Part shown: piece by piece, positions 40,570-55,009 of the stretch
How the letters are laid out: each line of letters starts with the position of its first letter
How positions within the stretch are numbered: position 1 is the stretch's first letter
DNA from: Eledone cirrhosa
Taxonomy: Eukaryota
Direction of reading: 5' to 3'
Length of the DNA stretch: 64,000 bases
Assembly: GCA_964016885.1 (NCBI GenBank)
Contig: OZ024743.1
Coordinates: forward strand, 156,612,001-156,676,000
Translations under genes and position numbers: made by a program
Notes under the pieces: model-generated
Told to the model about the DNA's origin: nothing
What the model saw: only the letters and a program-made list of their open reading frames with translations
Database searches by the model: none

Positions 40570-43500
40570 AAAACCCCGTGGCCAAGAAATACCGGGATGG
40601 CGGCCGGCGGGGAATAGCCGTGTCTCTAGGGGAGAACGACCCCTCTAGTCTTGCTTGACACGCGTTCTAGAAGTGGTAACACGAAATCATTACCCCTTGG
40701 CGGATAAGGATAAAACGCGACAAAATAAAGTAAATGTTTAATGATAAAATCTCATGCCGGATCGGCCGTCACCCGGCTAAAAAGGGGCCGCGTCCCTCAG
40801 AGAGGAACCAGACTGGGGTCGAAAAATCAGCTGATGGTTCAAACCTTCCCATCACTTCAGAGCTGGAGACCTCCCATAACCGGAATACTACTACTGTTGG
40901 CCATCCATGCTCACCACCAAGAAATCCAAAGAAAAAGAGAGAAAAATGGTCAAGGGAAGAAAATAAAGAAGTCCTTGAGGCTTTCTACACTGCCATGTAC
41001 TACCCATCAAATACATCGAATACAGAACAGACATATATCAACTGGAAAATGAAACATCCCGAAAACAAAGGCTATATTGACAGTAACAAACTAGCCAATA
41101 TACGAAGAAATATTGTAAGAAAAAAGTTACTAACTGATATAGAAATTGATCAGATCAAGCTATTAGCACAAAGTCAGCGAAGGGAAAATGAAACATGTGT
41201 CAGTGAAAACGAGGTAAACTGTAACAGTTCGAACCCCAGGGTTGGGGCGGAATCACTGGCAACAGAACAAATTAAAGAAAGGATCGAACAAGTGGAGGGA
41301 GTGCATGCTCAGGATGAAACTCCAAATGAAAATAATGAGATCGTAAATGATAAAGAAATGAATGAGAATGAACTTGCCAACTTGAAGGATGAAATTATGA
41401 TCGAATTGATGAAAATGAAAGAATCTGACATGGGGCAACGAGACACCCTCCCTAAGATCCAGAACTCCAAACAGAACCAAAAGATAATACGCAAGACTAA
41501 CATAATTCTCAAAAACATTATCATCACAAACAAACTAAACATTACTGATTTAAATCATCTCTATTATGCATCGGCTAAAGTCACCACTCACTTATATGGA
41601 GTGAAGATGAAAAAACAAAGGAATTCCCACAAGAAATCTACTTGGCAAGAGAACATCAATCGCCAAATAAACCTTCTCCGACATAGAAATTTTAACAAAC
41701 TATAAAGTAGGTGAACAATTTAAACAAACTAAACTTAGAAAATTGAAAAAAAGTACAGTATAAAATCAACATGTGACATAGACATGCTGATAGAAATAAT
41801 CAAGCAAAAAGTGTCGGGCAAAGCTGCTCGTATAAGGCGCTTTGAAAAACGATCCAGATTCTATAAGGACAATAATATGTTCAAAAAGAACCAAAGGAAC
41901 TTCTACAGAAAAATTGGTAAGTCAACAATAACTGCTAAATCAATACCACCCAAGGAGGAAGTGCAAGAATTCTGGGAAAAGATCTGGGCCGAAGAAAAAG
42001 TTCATAACATACATGCCCCATGGATAGACAGACAAATGAAAGATACAGCTCACCTTGAGGAACAAACATGGGAAAATATAACAGTTGAACAGTTGCGCTT
42101 GGCTCTAAGAAAAACCAGCAAATAGAAATCCCCAGGAAAAGACAAAATACAAAACTTTTGGATAAATGCCTTCACAGAGTCTCATGAGCTGTTAGCCCAA
42201 CTTTACAATGAAATAGTTAAGGAGCCAGAAAAGATACCATCATGGCTAGGTAACGGCATTACATTCCTGCTTCCGAAGAATGATGAGACAAACAATCCCA
42301 AAAATTACAGACCGATAACTTGCTTGACCACAATTTTTAAAATTTTAACATCAGTCCTAACTGAATACACATATGACCACCTGATAACAAATGACCTATT
42401 TCCCATTGAGCAGAAAGGATGTAAACGAGGCTCATATGGCTGTAAAGATCAGCTTCTGGTTAGCAAAATGATACTGGAAGATTGTCATAATAGACACAAA
42501 AATCTATCGATTGCTTGGATAGATTATAAAAAAGCATTCGATAGTTTGCCACACAGTTGGATTGAAAAATGTTTAGAGATTTTCAAAATATCCCCCGTTG
42601 TCAGGAGGTTTTTGTCGTTCAGTATGAAGACATGGAAAACGACACTCCTTTTGAATAGTGAAACAAAATAACTGGAAGCTGGAGAAGTTAATATTAATTG
42701 TGGAATTTTTCAGGGTGACTCTTTATCACCGCTTTTATTCTGCATCGCACTTATACCATTAAGTAAAATACTCAATGAAACAAAACATGGATATAAAGTC
42801 TATGACAAAACCATTAATCACCTGTTCTACATGGATGACCTGAAACTATTTGCAAAAAATGAAGAACAATTGCAAGGGCTATTATCCACTGTGAAGCAGT
42901 TCAGTGATGAAATTAAAATGGAGTTTGGACTAGATAAATGCGCCAAAGCAACGTTCACCAGAGGAAAGCTGCTGAAGAGTTCAGACATTAATCTTGATCG
43001 GGGGAACGTGATAAGAGAACTTGATCAAGAAAAAACTTACAAATATCTAGGTGTTTGTGAAGGAGACGGAATCAAGCACTCGACAATGAGGGAAAGGATA
43101 AGGAAGGAATGTTACCGCAGAGTAAGTGCAATCTTAAGAACGGAATTGAATGCAAGGAATAGGATCGATGCCATAAACACGCTTGCCATACCAGTAGTAA
43201 CCTACAGTTACAATGTCATCAACTGGTCAAGCACAGAGATCCGTAGGCTCGATACAAAAATTTGAAAATTCTTAACCATGCACAGAATGCATCACCCTAA
43301 GGCAGATATAGATAGAATTTATCTCCCTAGGAAAGAAGGAGGACGTGGGTTAATCCAGTTAGACATTGCGTTGAAAACTGCAACAATTGGATTATCTACA
43401 TATCTAATGGAATCACATGATTGGATGATCAAACTCGTTTTGAAACACGAAAGCATCAAAAGATCATATTCCATTACAAAAGATGCACAAAGATACAGTA

Positions 43501-44535
43501 ATGGACTACAAATTTCAGAAGTCCCATTTACTGCTGAAATGGAAAACACAGAAAAAGCAAAGCAGGTAAAAGTAACTGCAAAGAAAGAACTGCTACAGAA
43601 ACTGGCTAAGAAATGGCAAGAAAAGCCTCTGTATGGAAAATACCCAGAGCGAGGTAACAATCCTGATGTTGACAAAACTTTAACCCATCAGTGGATGGCA
43701 TCCTCTGGACTGAAATCGGAGACTGAAGGACTGATTATATCGGCACAAGATCAGTGTCTGCCAACAAAAAATTACCAAGCCAACATAATAAAAAATGGGT
43801 GCAGCCCATTATGCCGTGTATGCAAAAATCAACCAGAGACCATTGACCATATAATTTCAATGTGCAGTCCTATAGCTCCAACTGAATACCTAAACAGGCA
43901 TGACAGAGCTGCACAATACATACATTGGATAATGTGTAAACATTTTGACCTGCCCCATCAAAAGAATTGTTGGGAGCATCAACCACCTCCCATACTTGAA
44001 AAAGATCACATCTCAATCTTGTTGAACTTTAGCATCCAAACAAACCGAAAAATAAATGCAAATAGACCTGATATAATATTGAAGGACTTTAAAAAGAGGG
44101 TATGCCTGCTAATTGATATGTCTGTTCCAATAGACAAGAATGTATCTATAAAAACATTTGAAAAATTGAGCAAGTATAAGGACCTGGAGATAGAAATTGG
44201 AAAAATGTGGAAATTGAGAACTAAAACAATACCAGTGGTTGTAGGCACTCTGGGAATGATACCTAAGGGGTCTAATGACTACTTTTCGCAAATCCCAGGA
44301 AACCCGCGTATAGGAGAAATACAAAAGATAGTACTAATGGGAACTGCCCATATACTAAGGAAGATTATGTCAATATAAGTACATCACAAGTCTAAACACT
44401 AAAGATGCATGTGTGAATATGTATGTTCTTTCTGGCGGACCTTGTTGCCTCTTGGGGTCACTGGTTGTGACTTGGTGATAACTCGTATGAACATAAAGCA
44501 AGATAAATGCAACTGTAATAATAATAATAATAATA
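40570..44535 (+). mobile_element. R4/Dong-like RLE LINE family B, full length, several stops and frameshifts
   Basis: GC-rich 5' UTR, ATG 40734, KSPGKD, YRPITCL, WIDYKKAFD, QGDSLSP, YMDD, CRVC..HIISMC, RHD, RPD..D..K, stop 44378, (TAA)n tail. Confidence 0.92.
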
Positions 44536-44964
44536 AAAATAAAAATAATTAAGGGAAGAAGACACACATAGTAGAAGGTCGAGAAATCGCTCCCGTAAGT
44601 TTTGATTTTTTAACATATTTAAATCAATTGTGAAATAACAATTCTTAGTACAAATGTTGAATAAAACATAAAGCTTGAGTCCCAAAAAATTCGGATCCAC
44701 AATATATTGTTATATCGCTCAAATATTCAATGTTGTATTATACATTTTATATTCTAAAAGAAAATGGTTATAAATGGATGGAAACCCCCTCTGTCTACAC
44801 TATAGAACAGCCAAATAACAGCAATTTCACCAACATCACAAACTAGATACACCACCTACCCCATCACCCCTCTCTGTACACTAAACACAACAGCTCGATA
44901 ACGGCAATTTCACCACCACCACCACCAATCTCAGCATAATAATAATAATTACTATTACTATTGC

Positions 44965-45840
44965 CTCAAGTTTTAGTTTTACCAAAATGTTTAATTCCAA
45001 TATTATGGGTAAATGTCAACACATACACGCGACTAACGATAATTTCACTAAAGATAATTTCACCACCAATACCACCACCACTACCACGATGAAAACTCTG
45101 GTCAAGTCGACTCAAATTTCTACTCCAACTTCAACACCATCACTACAGCAATACGATCACATCACCACCACCGCTGCCTCATTATCGCTACCGCCGCTAT
45201 TCTCTCCCACTACCTCCTGCTAGTTGCTGCTAGCACAGCACCGCCACCGCCGCCGCTGCCTCTATATCACTACTGCCGCTATTCTCTCCCGCTACCCCCT
45301 GCTACATTGTAGAATTCTCACTAAAAGAGGAAAACATCGAAATATATAAATAGACTGAATTGATGACCCGATCAAAATAAAAATTTAAAAAAAAAACAAT
45401 AATCAAACTCAAGTTTTAGTTTTAACAAAATGTTTAATTTTAATATTATGGGTAAATGTCAACACATATACGCGACTAACGATAATTTCACTAAAGATAA
45501 TTTCACCACCAATACCGCCACCCCTACCACGCTGAAAACTCTGGTCAAGTCGACTCAAATTTCTACTCCAACTTCAACACCATCACTACAGTAATACGAC
45601 CACATCACCACCACCGCTTCCTCACTATCGCTACCGCCGCTATTCCCTCCCACTACCTCCTGCTAATTGCTGCTAGCACAGCACCGCGACCACCCCCCAC
45701 CGCCGCTGCCTCAGTATCACTACCGCCGCTATTCTCTCCCGCTATCCGCTGCTACATTGTAGAATTCCCACTAAAAGAGGAAAACATCAAAATATATAAA
45801 TAGACTGAATTGATGACCCGGTCAAAATTAAAAAAAAACA
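44965..45840 (+). repeat. Tandem duplication of a ~443-bp unit
   Basis: ctcaagttttagtttt..aaatgtttaatt starts at ~44965 and ~45408; the copies are highly similar. Confidence 0.85.
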
Positions 45841-46009
45841 ACAAAATTCAAAATCCAAGCAGCACAGCAACAACAAAAAACGTAAAGGAAATAAAAATGA
45901 AGAGAAAAATAAACGGACGGACAGAGAAGGGAAGGGAAAAACTAAATCAGACATTCAATGAAAATTATGCTTATTGATTTTTGGTTTTTTTCTGCCTGTT
46001 TGTTTGTTT

Positions 46010-47256
46010 GGGTTCGTCTACAGCGTGATAATGCCACACAAAAGTCGCGTGGAGTGACGAAACCACCGGAGACAAATAATACAGCGGTGGTTATGTAACC
46101 ATACATTCACCAATTCTCGATAAGAGTGTTTAAATGTCGAGCCTAAACAGTTCGAATAACGGTGAAATGGAGACTAGAATGTCATGTGACAGACTCTCAC
46201 CCAACAGGTGCTCCCTGGCTCAGCAGCAGGGACCTGGCTGTCAACCAAATACTGCTGGTGTCGGAGGGAGAAGAAGAAGGAAAGGGACCAGAACCAACTG
46301 GACGAAAGAATTGAATAGAACTGTTTTGCAATGTTACCTGAAGAGTAACCCAAGGAGAAAGGCTATAGGAAAAGGATGCATAACATCTGGAACGAGATTG
46401 GTCCATTTAAATTAGATGAACAAAAACTGGCCGGGCAGGCTCGGGTAATAAGAACTAATGGGTGGATAAGCGAGCTGGAACTGGAGGACCTGGGCAGAGA
46501 GATTAGCTTGGAGATGAAGGGTGGAGTATGCCAGGCAAACGAGCCATTGGGAAATGAAGGTGAAGAGGTCAAGAGAACGGAGGAACCACCCGAAACAGAC
46601 AATGATCTGAATGCTGAGATAAATAATACCTGGAACAGAGATACGGCCACTGAGGAGATGAATGCTGACGGTCTAGGACAAGATTTGGTAGATATCCTAA
46701 ACTTAGTGGTAGATGAATTGAACAATGATAGTGGGAGACCTATGAACCTAAGATTTGTAGACAGGAAAAAGTTAAAAGAAACAACAGCTAAGGTAAACAA
46801 AGTCATCCCGAGGAGCCTTCACCAGTGCAACAATATCCTCAAAGCACCAGCAAATACGGTGAGGAAACTACTTGGTATAAAAGCGAGAGGAAACAACAGA
46901 CAAGAAAGAGCAGAGCCTTAGTGGAAGAAACGACTAAGTGGTCAAATCAGGGAAATGAGAAATGACATTGGAAAGCTTGAGTCCCTACTGAATGGGACAC
47001 TAAAAACATAGACACTAAAAATAGACTGGAAATAAAGTACAAAACTAGGAGGAAAAAGCTAAATATTATCATAGAGGAACTGAAGCAACGCATTGTAGCA
47101 AAAAGTGCAAAAATCAGGCGATACGAGAACAAAGTCAGCCAGTATAGACAGAACCGCATATTCGGCAACAACCAGAAGATGCTGTTTGGACAGCTTGAAG
47201 GGAAAGAAAAGGACAACGACTTGATCTCTGAGGCGGAACAAACTAAAGCATTCTGT
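46010..47256 (+). mobile_element. R4/Dong-like family A, 5' portion (UTR + N-terminus), 3'-truncated
   Basis: 46274 onward matches 36461 onward. It supplies ATG 46134, which the other copies lack. Confidence 0.88.
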
Positions 47257-47396
47257 AGAAGCTTGTATAATATCAAGATATACTTATTCAAGTGGGCTCT
47301 TATAATTCTTCAGTGGGTGCCCAATAATATTAATATTGATAACCAAATCAACATCATTATTTAGCGATAATCACACACACATATATATACATATAT

Positions 47397-47485
<89 letters not shown>

Positions 47486-47487
<2 letters not shown>

Positions 47488-47715
47488 TAAAATAACAGAC
47501 TAAAGTTTAAGCAAAGAATCGGTGCTTTCACAATTAACGGGATCTTCTGAAATAAAAAAAAAATCAATCTGTGAACGCAGAAGTAAATATTTCGAAAAAC
47601 GTTGCAACCGAAGGAAAACAGGAAGACGATACTTTGGTTCGTGAAGACGTTCCCTGGTAATGAACGGAACAAAGCGAAGATAATACGTCATTGTGTGGAC
47701 CGTGATGGTATAAAT
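47486..47715 (-). mobile_element. Naiad pLTR fragment
   Basis: Matches 18268-18470; adjacent to (TA)n. Confidence 0.85.
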
Positions 47716-47928
47716 GGAATCATTAGTCTAATATTCTATTTAGGAAACCGAATGATTCTCGGCTTCGGAATTAAGAATAATGTAAATAAATTAGTTGAAC
47801 AAAAATGACAAGGTTATTATAAACATAAAATTAATAATAATTAAATACGTACGTAAACCCGGCGCAACACATATACCCCACAGATAGGAACGTATACACC
47901 GAATACACACACACACACACATACACAC

Positions 47929-47988
<60 letters not shown>

Positions 47989-48223
47989 TTGTGCGTGTGT
48001 GTGTGTGTGTGTGTGTGCGTGTGAATGTGTGTATATATACATATAATCATGTATACATATATAAATATACACGCATAACTGCGAATATGATGCACACACG
48101 GACATTACACGTAAATACACATGTTCAACTAACGTACATATAGCAAAACCCTATTAACAGATATAGGTGCAAACACACATACACACTCATACGTACCCAT
48201 ATAGAGACACATACAAACATAGA

Positions 48224-48268
<45 letters not shown>

Positions 48269-48303
48269 AAAACATGCCAAAATACATATACATATACATA
48301 TAA

Positions 48304-48353
<50 letters not shown>

Positions 48354-48355
<2 letters not shown>

Positions 48356-49038
48356 CGGCGATGAATTAGTTTTGCGAGGTTTTTTATATGAAATCGTGTG
48401 TCGAAACAGATATTGTTATATTTGGGGAGGGTCATATTTGCGTAATATTGCCAGAATTAATAACAGAACACACTCACTGTTTGGTTGGTTTTCGCTTCTC
48501 GCTGTCTTTTATATATATATATCTGCGATCTAACTTACTCGGTCCTCAATGTTGCCATTGACTGACCGGCGGTCAAAAATAATACAGATACAATATAGAC
48601 AAACACATATATATATAGTTTACATAAATCTTTCGTTGCACATCTGCAACATCGTCAGTGGTGTTATATTCATTGTTCCTCCTGTTGTGTTGTATGTCTA
48701 CGCCATTTTTTTTTGTTCAGTCTGTCTCAGACAGACTGAACAAAAAAAAATGGCGTAGACATACAACACAACAGGAGGAACAATGAATATAACACCACTG
48801 ACGATGTTGCAGATGTGCAACGAAAGATTTATGTAAACTATATATATATGTGTTTGTCTATATTGTATCTGTATTATTTTTGACCGCCGGTCAGTCAATG
48901 GCAACATTGAGGACCGAGTAAGTTAGATCGCAGATATATATATATAAAAGACAGCGAGAAGCGAAAACCAACCAAACAGTGAGTGTGTTCTGTTATTAAT
49001 TCTGGCAATATTACGCAAATATGACCCTCCCCAAATAT

Positions 49039-49046
<8 letters not shown>
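48354..49046. mobile_element. Perfect fold-back of the second PLE family pLTR (318-bp arms, 1-nt spacer at 48728) plus a 56-bp extension on the left arm
   Basis: 48410-48727 is the reverse complement of 48729-49046; the ORF track gives mirror-identical ORFs. Homologous to 26808-27118. HHR-like CUGACGA-uGUUGCA gaug UGCAAC-GAAA at 48798-48825 has a poor stem I. Confidence 0.92.
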
Positions 49047-49078
<32 letters not shown>

Positions 49079-49082
<4 letters not shown>

Positions 49083-49960
49083 GGAAAAAATGATACGAAT
49101 TTCATTTCTCACTCTTAGTACGGCTGTTACTTAAATATAAGTATGTATATGTACATACATATATGTATACAGACGTACAGTAATATGTATTTATATATAC
49201 ATACATGCACACATCTATATATGTACGTATGGATTCACCGAACATTTATTATAATGCTCGGTATGTTTGTAAACAAACATCCCGAATTAAGCCGTACAGT
49301 GTTTAGCAACCATCGTTGCCCTTTTGTTCAACACTGACAAAGGAACGATGTACTAGTTTCAAGCTTATTCGCTATCGTTAGCTCCGTATCCCTTCCTACC
49401 AGATTGTTGAACGTCTGAAAGTATATACTTTCCTTACGCATATTAACGGCTGAGCAGCCTAATTTGCCTATCGAGTGAGTTAATTGACCGGGCGCACCGA
49501 AAACGACAAACGGAAAAAATGAAACAAATTTCATTTTCTCACTCTTAGTACGGCTGTTATTTAAATATAAGTATGTATACGTACATACATATATATATAT
49601 ACAGAGGTACAGTTGTATGTATATATATACATACATGCACACACATATATATTCACGTATGGATTTACCGAACATTTATTATAATGCTCGGTGTGTTTGT
49701 AAACAAACATCCCGAATTAAGCTGCACAGTGTTTAACAACCATCGTTGCCCTTTTGTTCAACACTGACAAAGAAACGATGTACTAGTTTCAACCTTATTA
49801 ACTATCGTCAACACCGTATACCACCTTGCCAGATGATTGAACGTCTGGAAGTATATACTTTCCTTATGTATATTAACGGCTCAGCAGCCTAATTTGCATA
49901 TCGAGTGAGTTAATCGGCCGGGCGCACCGAAAACGATCAACGGTAAAAATGAAACAAAAT
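49079..49960 (-). repeat. Two diverged tandem 430-bp units, each with a decayed minimal type I HHR (49346-49386, 49776-49816)
   Basis: Unit starts at ~49079, ~49508 and ~49939. Minus-strand CGGAG-CUAACGA-UAGC..GCUU-GAAA-CUAG-UA-CAUCG and CGGUG-UUGACGA-..-GAAA-CUAG-UA-CAUCG. Confidence 0.8.
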
Positions 49961-50960
49961 GCAAATTGACATAACCGTGGAAAAATCAACCTTGACGGTT
50001 GAAAGTCCACTGGATAGTGGAAACATTTTTTATTGAGGGTAATAGAAAGTTCTGTGTGATTATGCAAATGAATGTCCGAAAGATTGAAATAAAACAACCG
50101 TTTATTTAAATTATACTGTTGGAAGAAGAGAGAGAGAAAAAGGGGAGAGAAAGAAGAGAGAAAAAAAAAATTATATGTAGAGTTATAGTGGAGAAATAAA
50201 GTGAAGAAAGAAGGAGCGACGAAATAAGCTCATCAGAGGATGAGTTTGTGTATCGTAAATACGTCCTATGTTCATGTTAGATATTTATGTTACTTATATT
50301 TACTAATAATTGTTAAATTTTACTATAATAAGTATATAGAAAGTTATATATATATAGGAAAAATAAAGATATATTAAAGATAAAAGATATATTTGTTTCT
50401 ACTTTTGGCACAAGGCCAGCAATTAACCCAGTGTATCACTGGTACTTTATTTTATATATCTACATATATTAAAATATATTACAAATGCATAGATATAAAG
50501 ATAGATATATGAAAGTATGTTGGGTATATCATGTTATAGATGTTAAATTATTTCAATTAAATTAAATTAAATTAATTGAGTCTATAAGATTACTTATATA
50601 TTTAATGTTTTACATTGGAAAAATATTGAAAATCCGAGTTTTGTTTATTTATTAATTATTATGAGATATGTTTGACAATGATATGTTTAAAGATATATTT
50701 CGCCATAGTTTGTTACTGGTTGTAACTGTAATATTAAATATTAAAAAATTACAAAACATTACAAAACATTAGAAAATTAGAAAATTACAAAAAATTAGAT
50801 AATTAGTTGAAAGTATAATAAAATAGTAAAACCATTTAAAAATTCAGACTATAATAATTAAGACTATAAGAAGACTTCCAAGTGAGTTTTTTTTTAAATC
50901 TCAAAAAAGACTCCGAAGATACTCGAAAACCTTTTAATAACATTTAAAAACATTTAAAAA
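49960..50960 (-). mobile_element. Diverged homologue of the AT-rich PLE 3' UTR at 15850-16560
   Basis: Shared blocks atgatataccca, taaacggttgtttt, attcatttgcata and ttccactatccagtg..aaccg..aagg in the same order. Confidence 0.65.
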
Positions 50961-50983
50961 TTAAACCATAAAATTAATTTTAT

Positions 50984-53900
50984 TGGCGGCCGGCTGGGAA
51001 TAGCCGAGTCTCAAGGGGAGGACAACCCCTCTAGTCTTGGTTGACACTCGTCCTAGGAGTGGTAATTCGAAATGATTACCCCTTTGCGGTTAAGGATAAA
51101 ACTCAGAGACGAACCAGACTGGGATCGAAAATTAGCTAATTGTCCAAACCTTCCCATCAATTCGGATACCTCCCATAACCGGAATACTCTACTGATGGCC
51201 TCCATGCTCGCCACCAGGAGATCTAAAGAAAATTAGAGAGAAATGGTCAAGGGAAGACAATAAAGAAGTCATTGAGGTTTTCTACACTGTCATGTACTAT
51301 CCATCAAATAGATCGAATACAGAACAGACATATATCAATTGTAAAAAGAAATATCCTGAAAACAGAGTCTATATTGACAGTAACAAACTACCTAATATAC
51401 GAAGAAATAATATGAAGAAAAGGTTACTAACTGATGTAGAAATTGATCAGGTCTAGCAATTAGCGCAAAGTCAGCGAAGGGAAAATGAAACATATGTCAG
51501 TAAAAAAATGTTAATTATAATACTTTAAATGCCAGGGTCGGGGAGGAATCACTGACATCAGAACAAATTAAAGAAAGGATCGAAAAAGTGGAAGGAGTGC
51601 ATGTTCAAGATGAAACTCAAAATGAAAACAATGAAAAGATCAATGATAAAGAAATGAATGTGAATGAACTGGTCACCATGAAGAACGAAATTATGATCGA
51701 ATTAATGAAAATGAAAGAATCTGACATGGGGGAACGAGACACTCTCCTTAAGATCCAGAACTGTAAACAAAACCAAAGTATAATCCACAAGACAAACATA
51801 GATCTAAAAATTATTATCATCACAAATAAACTAAACATTACTAATCTAAATCATCTCTATTATGCAGCGGCTAAAGTAACCACTCACTTATGTGGAGTGA
51901 AAGTGAAAAAAAGAAAGAAATTCCCACAAATAACCTACTTCACAAGAGAACAACCATTGCCAAATAAACCTTCTCCGATCAGACATAGCCATTTTAGCAA
52001 ACTACAAAGTAGGTGAACAAGTTAAACAAACTAAATGCAGAAAATTGAAGAGAAAATACAATATAAAATCAACAAGTGACATAGACATGCTGATATAAAC
52101 AATCAAGCAAAAAGTGTCGGCCAAAGCTGCTCGTATAAGACATTTTGAGAAACGCTCTAGATTCTTTAAAGACAATAATATGTTCAAAAAGAACCAAAGA
52201 AACTTCTACAGAGAAATTAGCAAGGCGACAATAAGTGCTAAATCAAAACCACCCAAGGCGGAAGTGCAAGAATTCTGGGAAAGGATCTTGGCGAAGAATA
52301 ATGTCATAATATACATGCCCCGTGGATAGGCTGACAAATGAATGATACAGCTCACCTTGAAGAACAAACATGGGAAAATATAACAGTTGAACATCTGCAT
52401 TTAGCTCTTAGAAAGTCCAACAAATGGAAATCCCCAGGGAAAGACAAAATACCAAATGTTTTGATAAATGACTTCACAGAGTCTCACGAGCTGTTAGCCC
52501 AACTTTACAATGAAATGGTTAAGGAGCCAGAAAAGATACCATCATGTATAGTTAAAGGCATTACATCCCTACTTCTCCAAGAATGAGACAAATAATACAA
52601 AAAATTACAAACCTATCACTTGCTTGACCACATTGTATAACATTTTAACATCAGTCCTAACTGAATATGCATATGATCACCTGATAACAAATTATATATT
52701 TCCTAATTAGCAGAAAGGGAGTAAAACGAGGCTCATATGGCTGTAAGGATCAGCATTTGATTAACAAAATGATACTGGAAGATTGTCATAATGGACACAA
52801 GAATCTATCAATTGCTTGGATAGATTACACAAAAGCATTCGACAGTTTTCCACACAGTTGGATTGAAAAGTGTTTAGAGATTTTCAAAATAACTCCTGTT
52901 GTCAGGGGGTTCCTGTCATTCTGTATTAAAACATGGAAAACAACACTCATTTTGAATAGTGGAGAAAAATCACTGGAAAACTGGAGGAGTTGATATTAAT
53001 TGTGGAGTTGTTCAGGGTGATTCTTTATCACCGCTTTAATTTGCTTCGCACAGATACCATTAAGTAAATGCTCAAAGAACAACATATGAATATAAAGTCT
53101 ATGACAAAACCATTAATCACTTGTTCTACATGGATGACCTGAAACAATTTGCAGAAAATTATGAGCAATTGCAAGGGCTATTAACCATTGTGAAGCAGTT
53201 CAGTGATGATATTAAAATGGAGTTTGGACTAGATAAATGGGCCAAAGCCACGTTCACCAGAGGAAAGCTGTTGAGAAGTTCAGACATTAATCTTGATCCG
53301 GAGAATGTGATAAGAGAACTTGATTAAGAAGAAACTTACAAATACTTAGGTGTTTGTGAAGGAGACGGAATAAAGCACTCGACAATGAGGGAAAGGATAA
53401 GGAAGGAATGTTACCGCAGTGTAAGAGCAATCTTAAGAACGGAGTTGAATGCAAGGAATAGGATAGATACCATAAACACGCTTGCCATACCAGTAGTAAC
53501 TTACAGTTTCAATATCAACTGGGCAAGCACAGAAATGCATAGGCTCGATACAAAAATTAGAAAATATTTTACAATGCATAGAATGCATCACCCTAAGGCG
53601 GATACAGATAGAATATATCTCACAGATAAGAAGGAGGACGTGGATAAATCCAGTTAGTTATTGCTTTGAAAACTGCAACAATTGGATTATCTACATATCT
53701 AAGGGAGACTCATGATTGGATGATCAAACTCGTTTTGAAATATGAAAGCAACAAAAGATCATACTCCATTACAAAAGATGTACAAAGATACAGTAATGAA
53801 CAACAAATTTCAGGAGTTCCCTTTACTGCTAAAATGAAAAACACAGAAAAGGTAAAGTGGGTAATAGTAACAGCAAAGGAAGAACTGCTACAGAAACTGG

Positions 53901-54832
53901 CTAAGAAATAGCAAGAAATGTCCATGTATGGAAAATACCCAGAAAGAGCTAACAATCCTGATGTTGACAAAACTTTAACCCATCAGTGATTGGCATCATC
54001 TGGACTGAAATCGGAGACTGAAGGACTGCTTCATCAGCACAAGATCAAAGATCAGTGTCTGCCAACAAACAATTATCAAGCAAACAACATAAAAAATGGA
54101 TGCAACCCATTATGCCGTGTATTTAAAAAAACAACTAGAGATTGTTGATCATATAATTTCAATGTGCAATCCTATAGCTCCAACCGAATACCTAAACAGG
54201 CATGACAGAGCTGCACAATATATACACTTGGTAATGTGTAAGCATTTTGAATTACCCAATCAAAATAATCTATCAACCACCTCCCGTACTTGAATAACAT
54301 CACATCTCAATCTTGTGGAACTTTAGCATCCAAACAGACCAAAAATAGAGGCAAATAGACCTGATATAATACTAAAGGACTTTAAACGGAGGGTATGCCT
54401 GATAATTGATATGTCCGTTCCAATAGACAAGAATGTATCTATAAAAACATTTGAAAAATTGAGCAAGTATAAAGACCTGGAGATAGAGATTAAAAGTGTG
54501 GAAGTTCAGAACTAAAATAATACCAGTGTTTGTAGGCGCTCTAGGAATGATACCAAAGGGCTCTAATGATTACTTATCGCAAATCCCAAGAAACCAGCGT
54601 ATAAGAGAATTAGAAATGATAGTACTAATGTGAACTGCCCATATACTAAGGAAGATTTTGTCAATATAAGTACATCACAAGTCTAAACACCTGAAGATGC
54701 ATGTGTGTGTATTTATCTCATTCTTGAACATGGAGGACCTTGTTGTCTCTTGAGGTCACTGGTTGTGACTTGGTGATAACTCGTAAGAACATAAAGGAAG
54801 ATAAATGTAACTGTGATAATAATAATAATAAT
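50984..54832 (+). mobile_element. R4/Dong-like family B, heavily degenerate second copy
   Basis: Colinear with 40598-44530 from ggcggccggc to the 3' UTR; many stops. Confidence 0.9.
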
Positions 54833-54843
54833 ACATTTATACA

Positions 54844-54905
<62 letters not shown>

Positions 54906-55009
54906 TCTATATATACATATACACATTCACATACATAACAAATAACGGTGCTGCGATCGAATGTGTTTTTTTAGCCCAGCCAATGATCTAAAACGTCTTG
55001 CACAGAGTT

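Noticed and set aside
40575-40720. HDV-like ribozyme in the family B 5' UTR, and a similar RTE-UTR-like segment at 23520-23640
   Set aside because: GC-rich and hairpin-forming, but I could not assign the nested double pseudoknot by eye.
46020-46100. Hammerhead in the Dong family A 5' UTR (GUCGC/GUGAC-GAAA-CCACCG/CGGUGG-UU)
   Set aside because: There is no CUGANGA (it reads CACAAAA) and no stem I; only two hairpins are supported.
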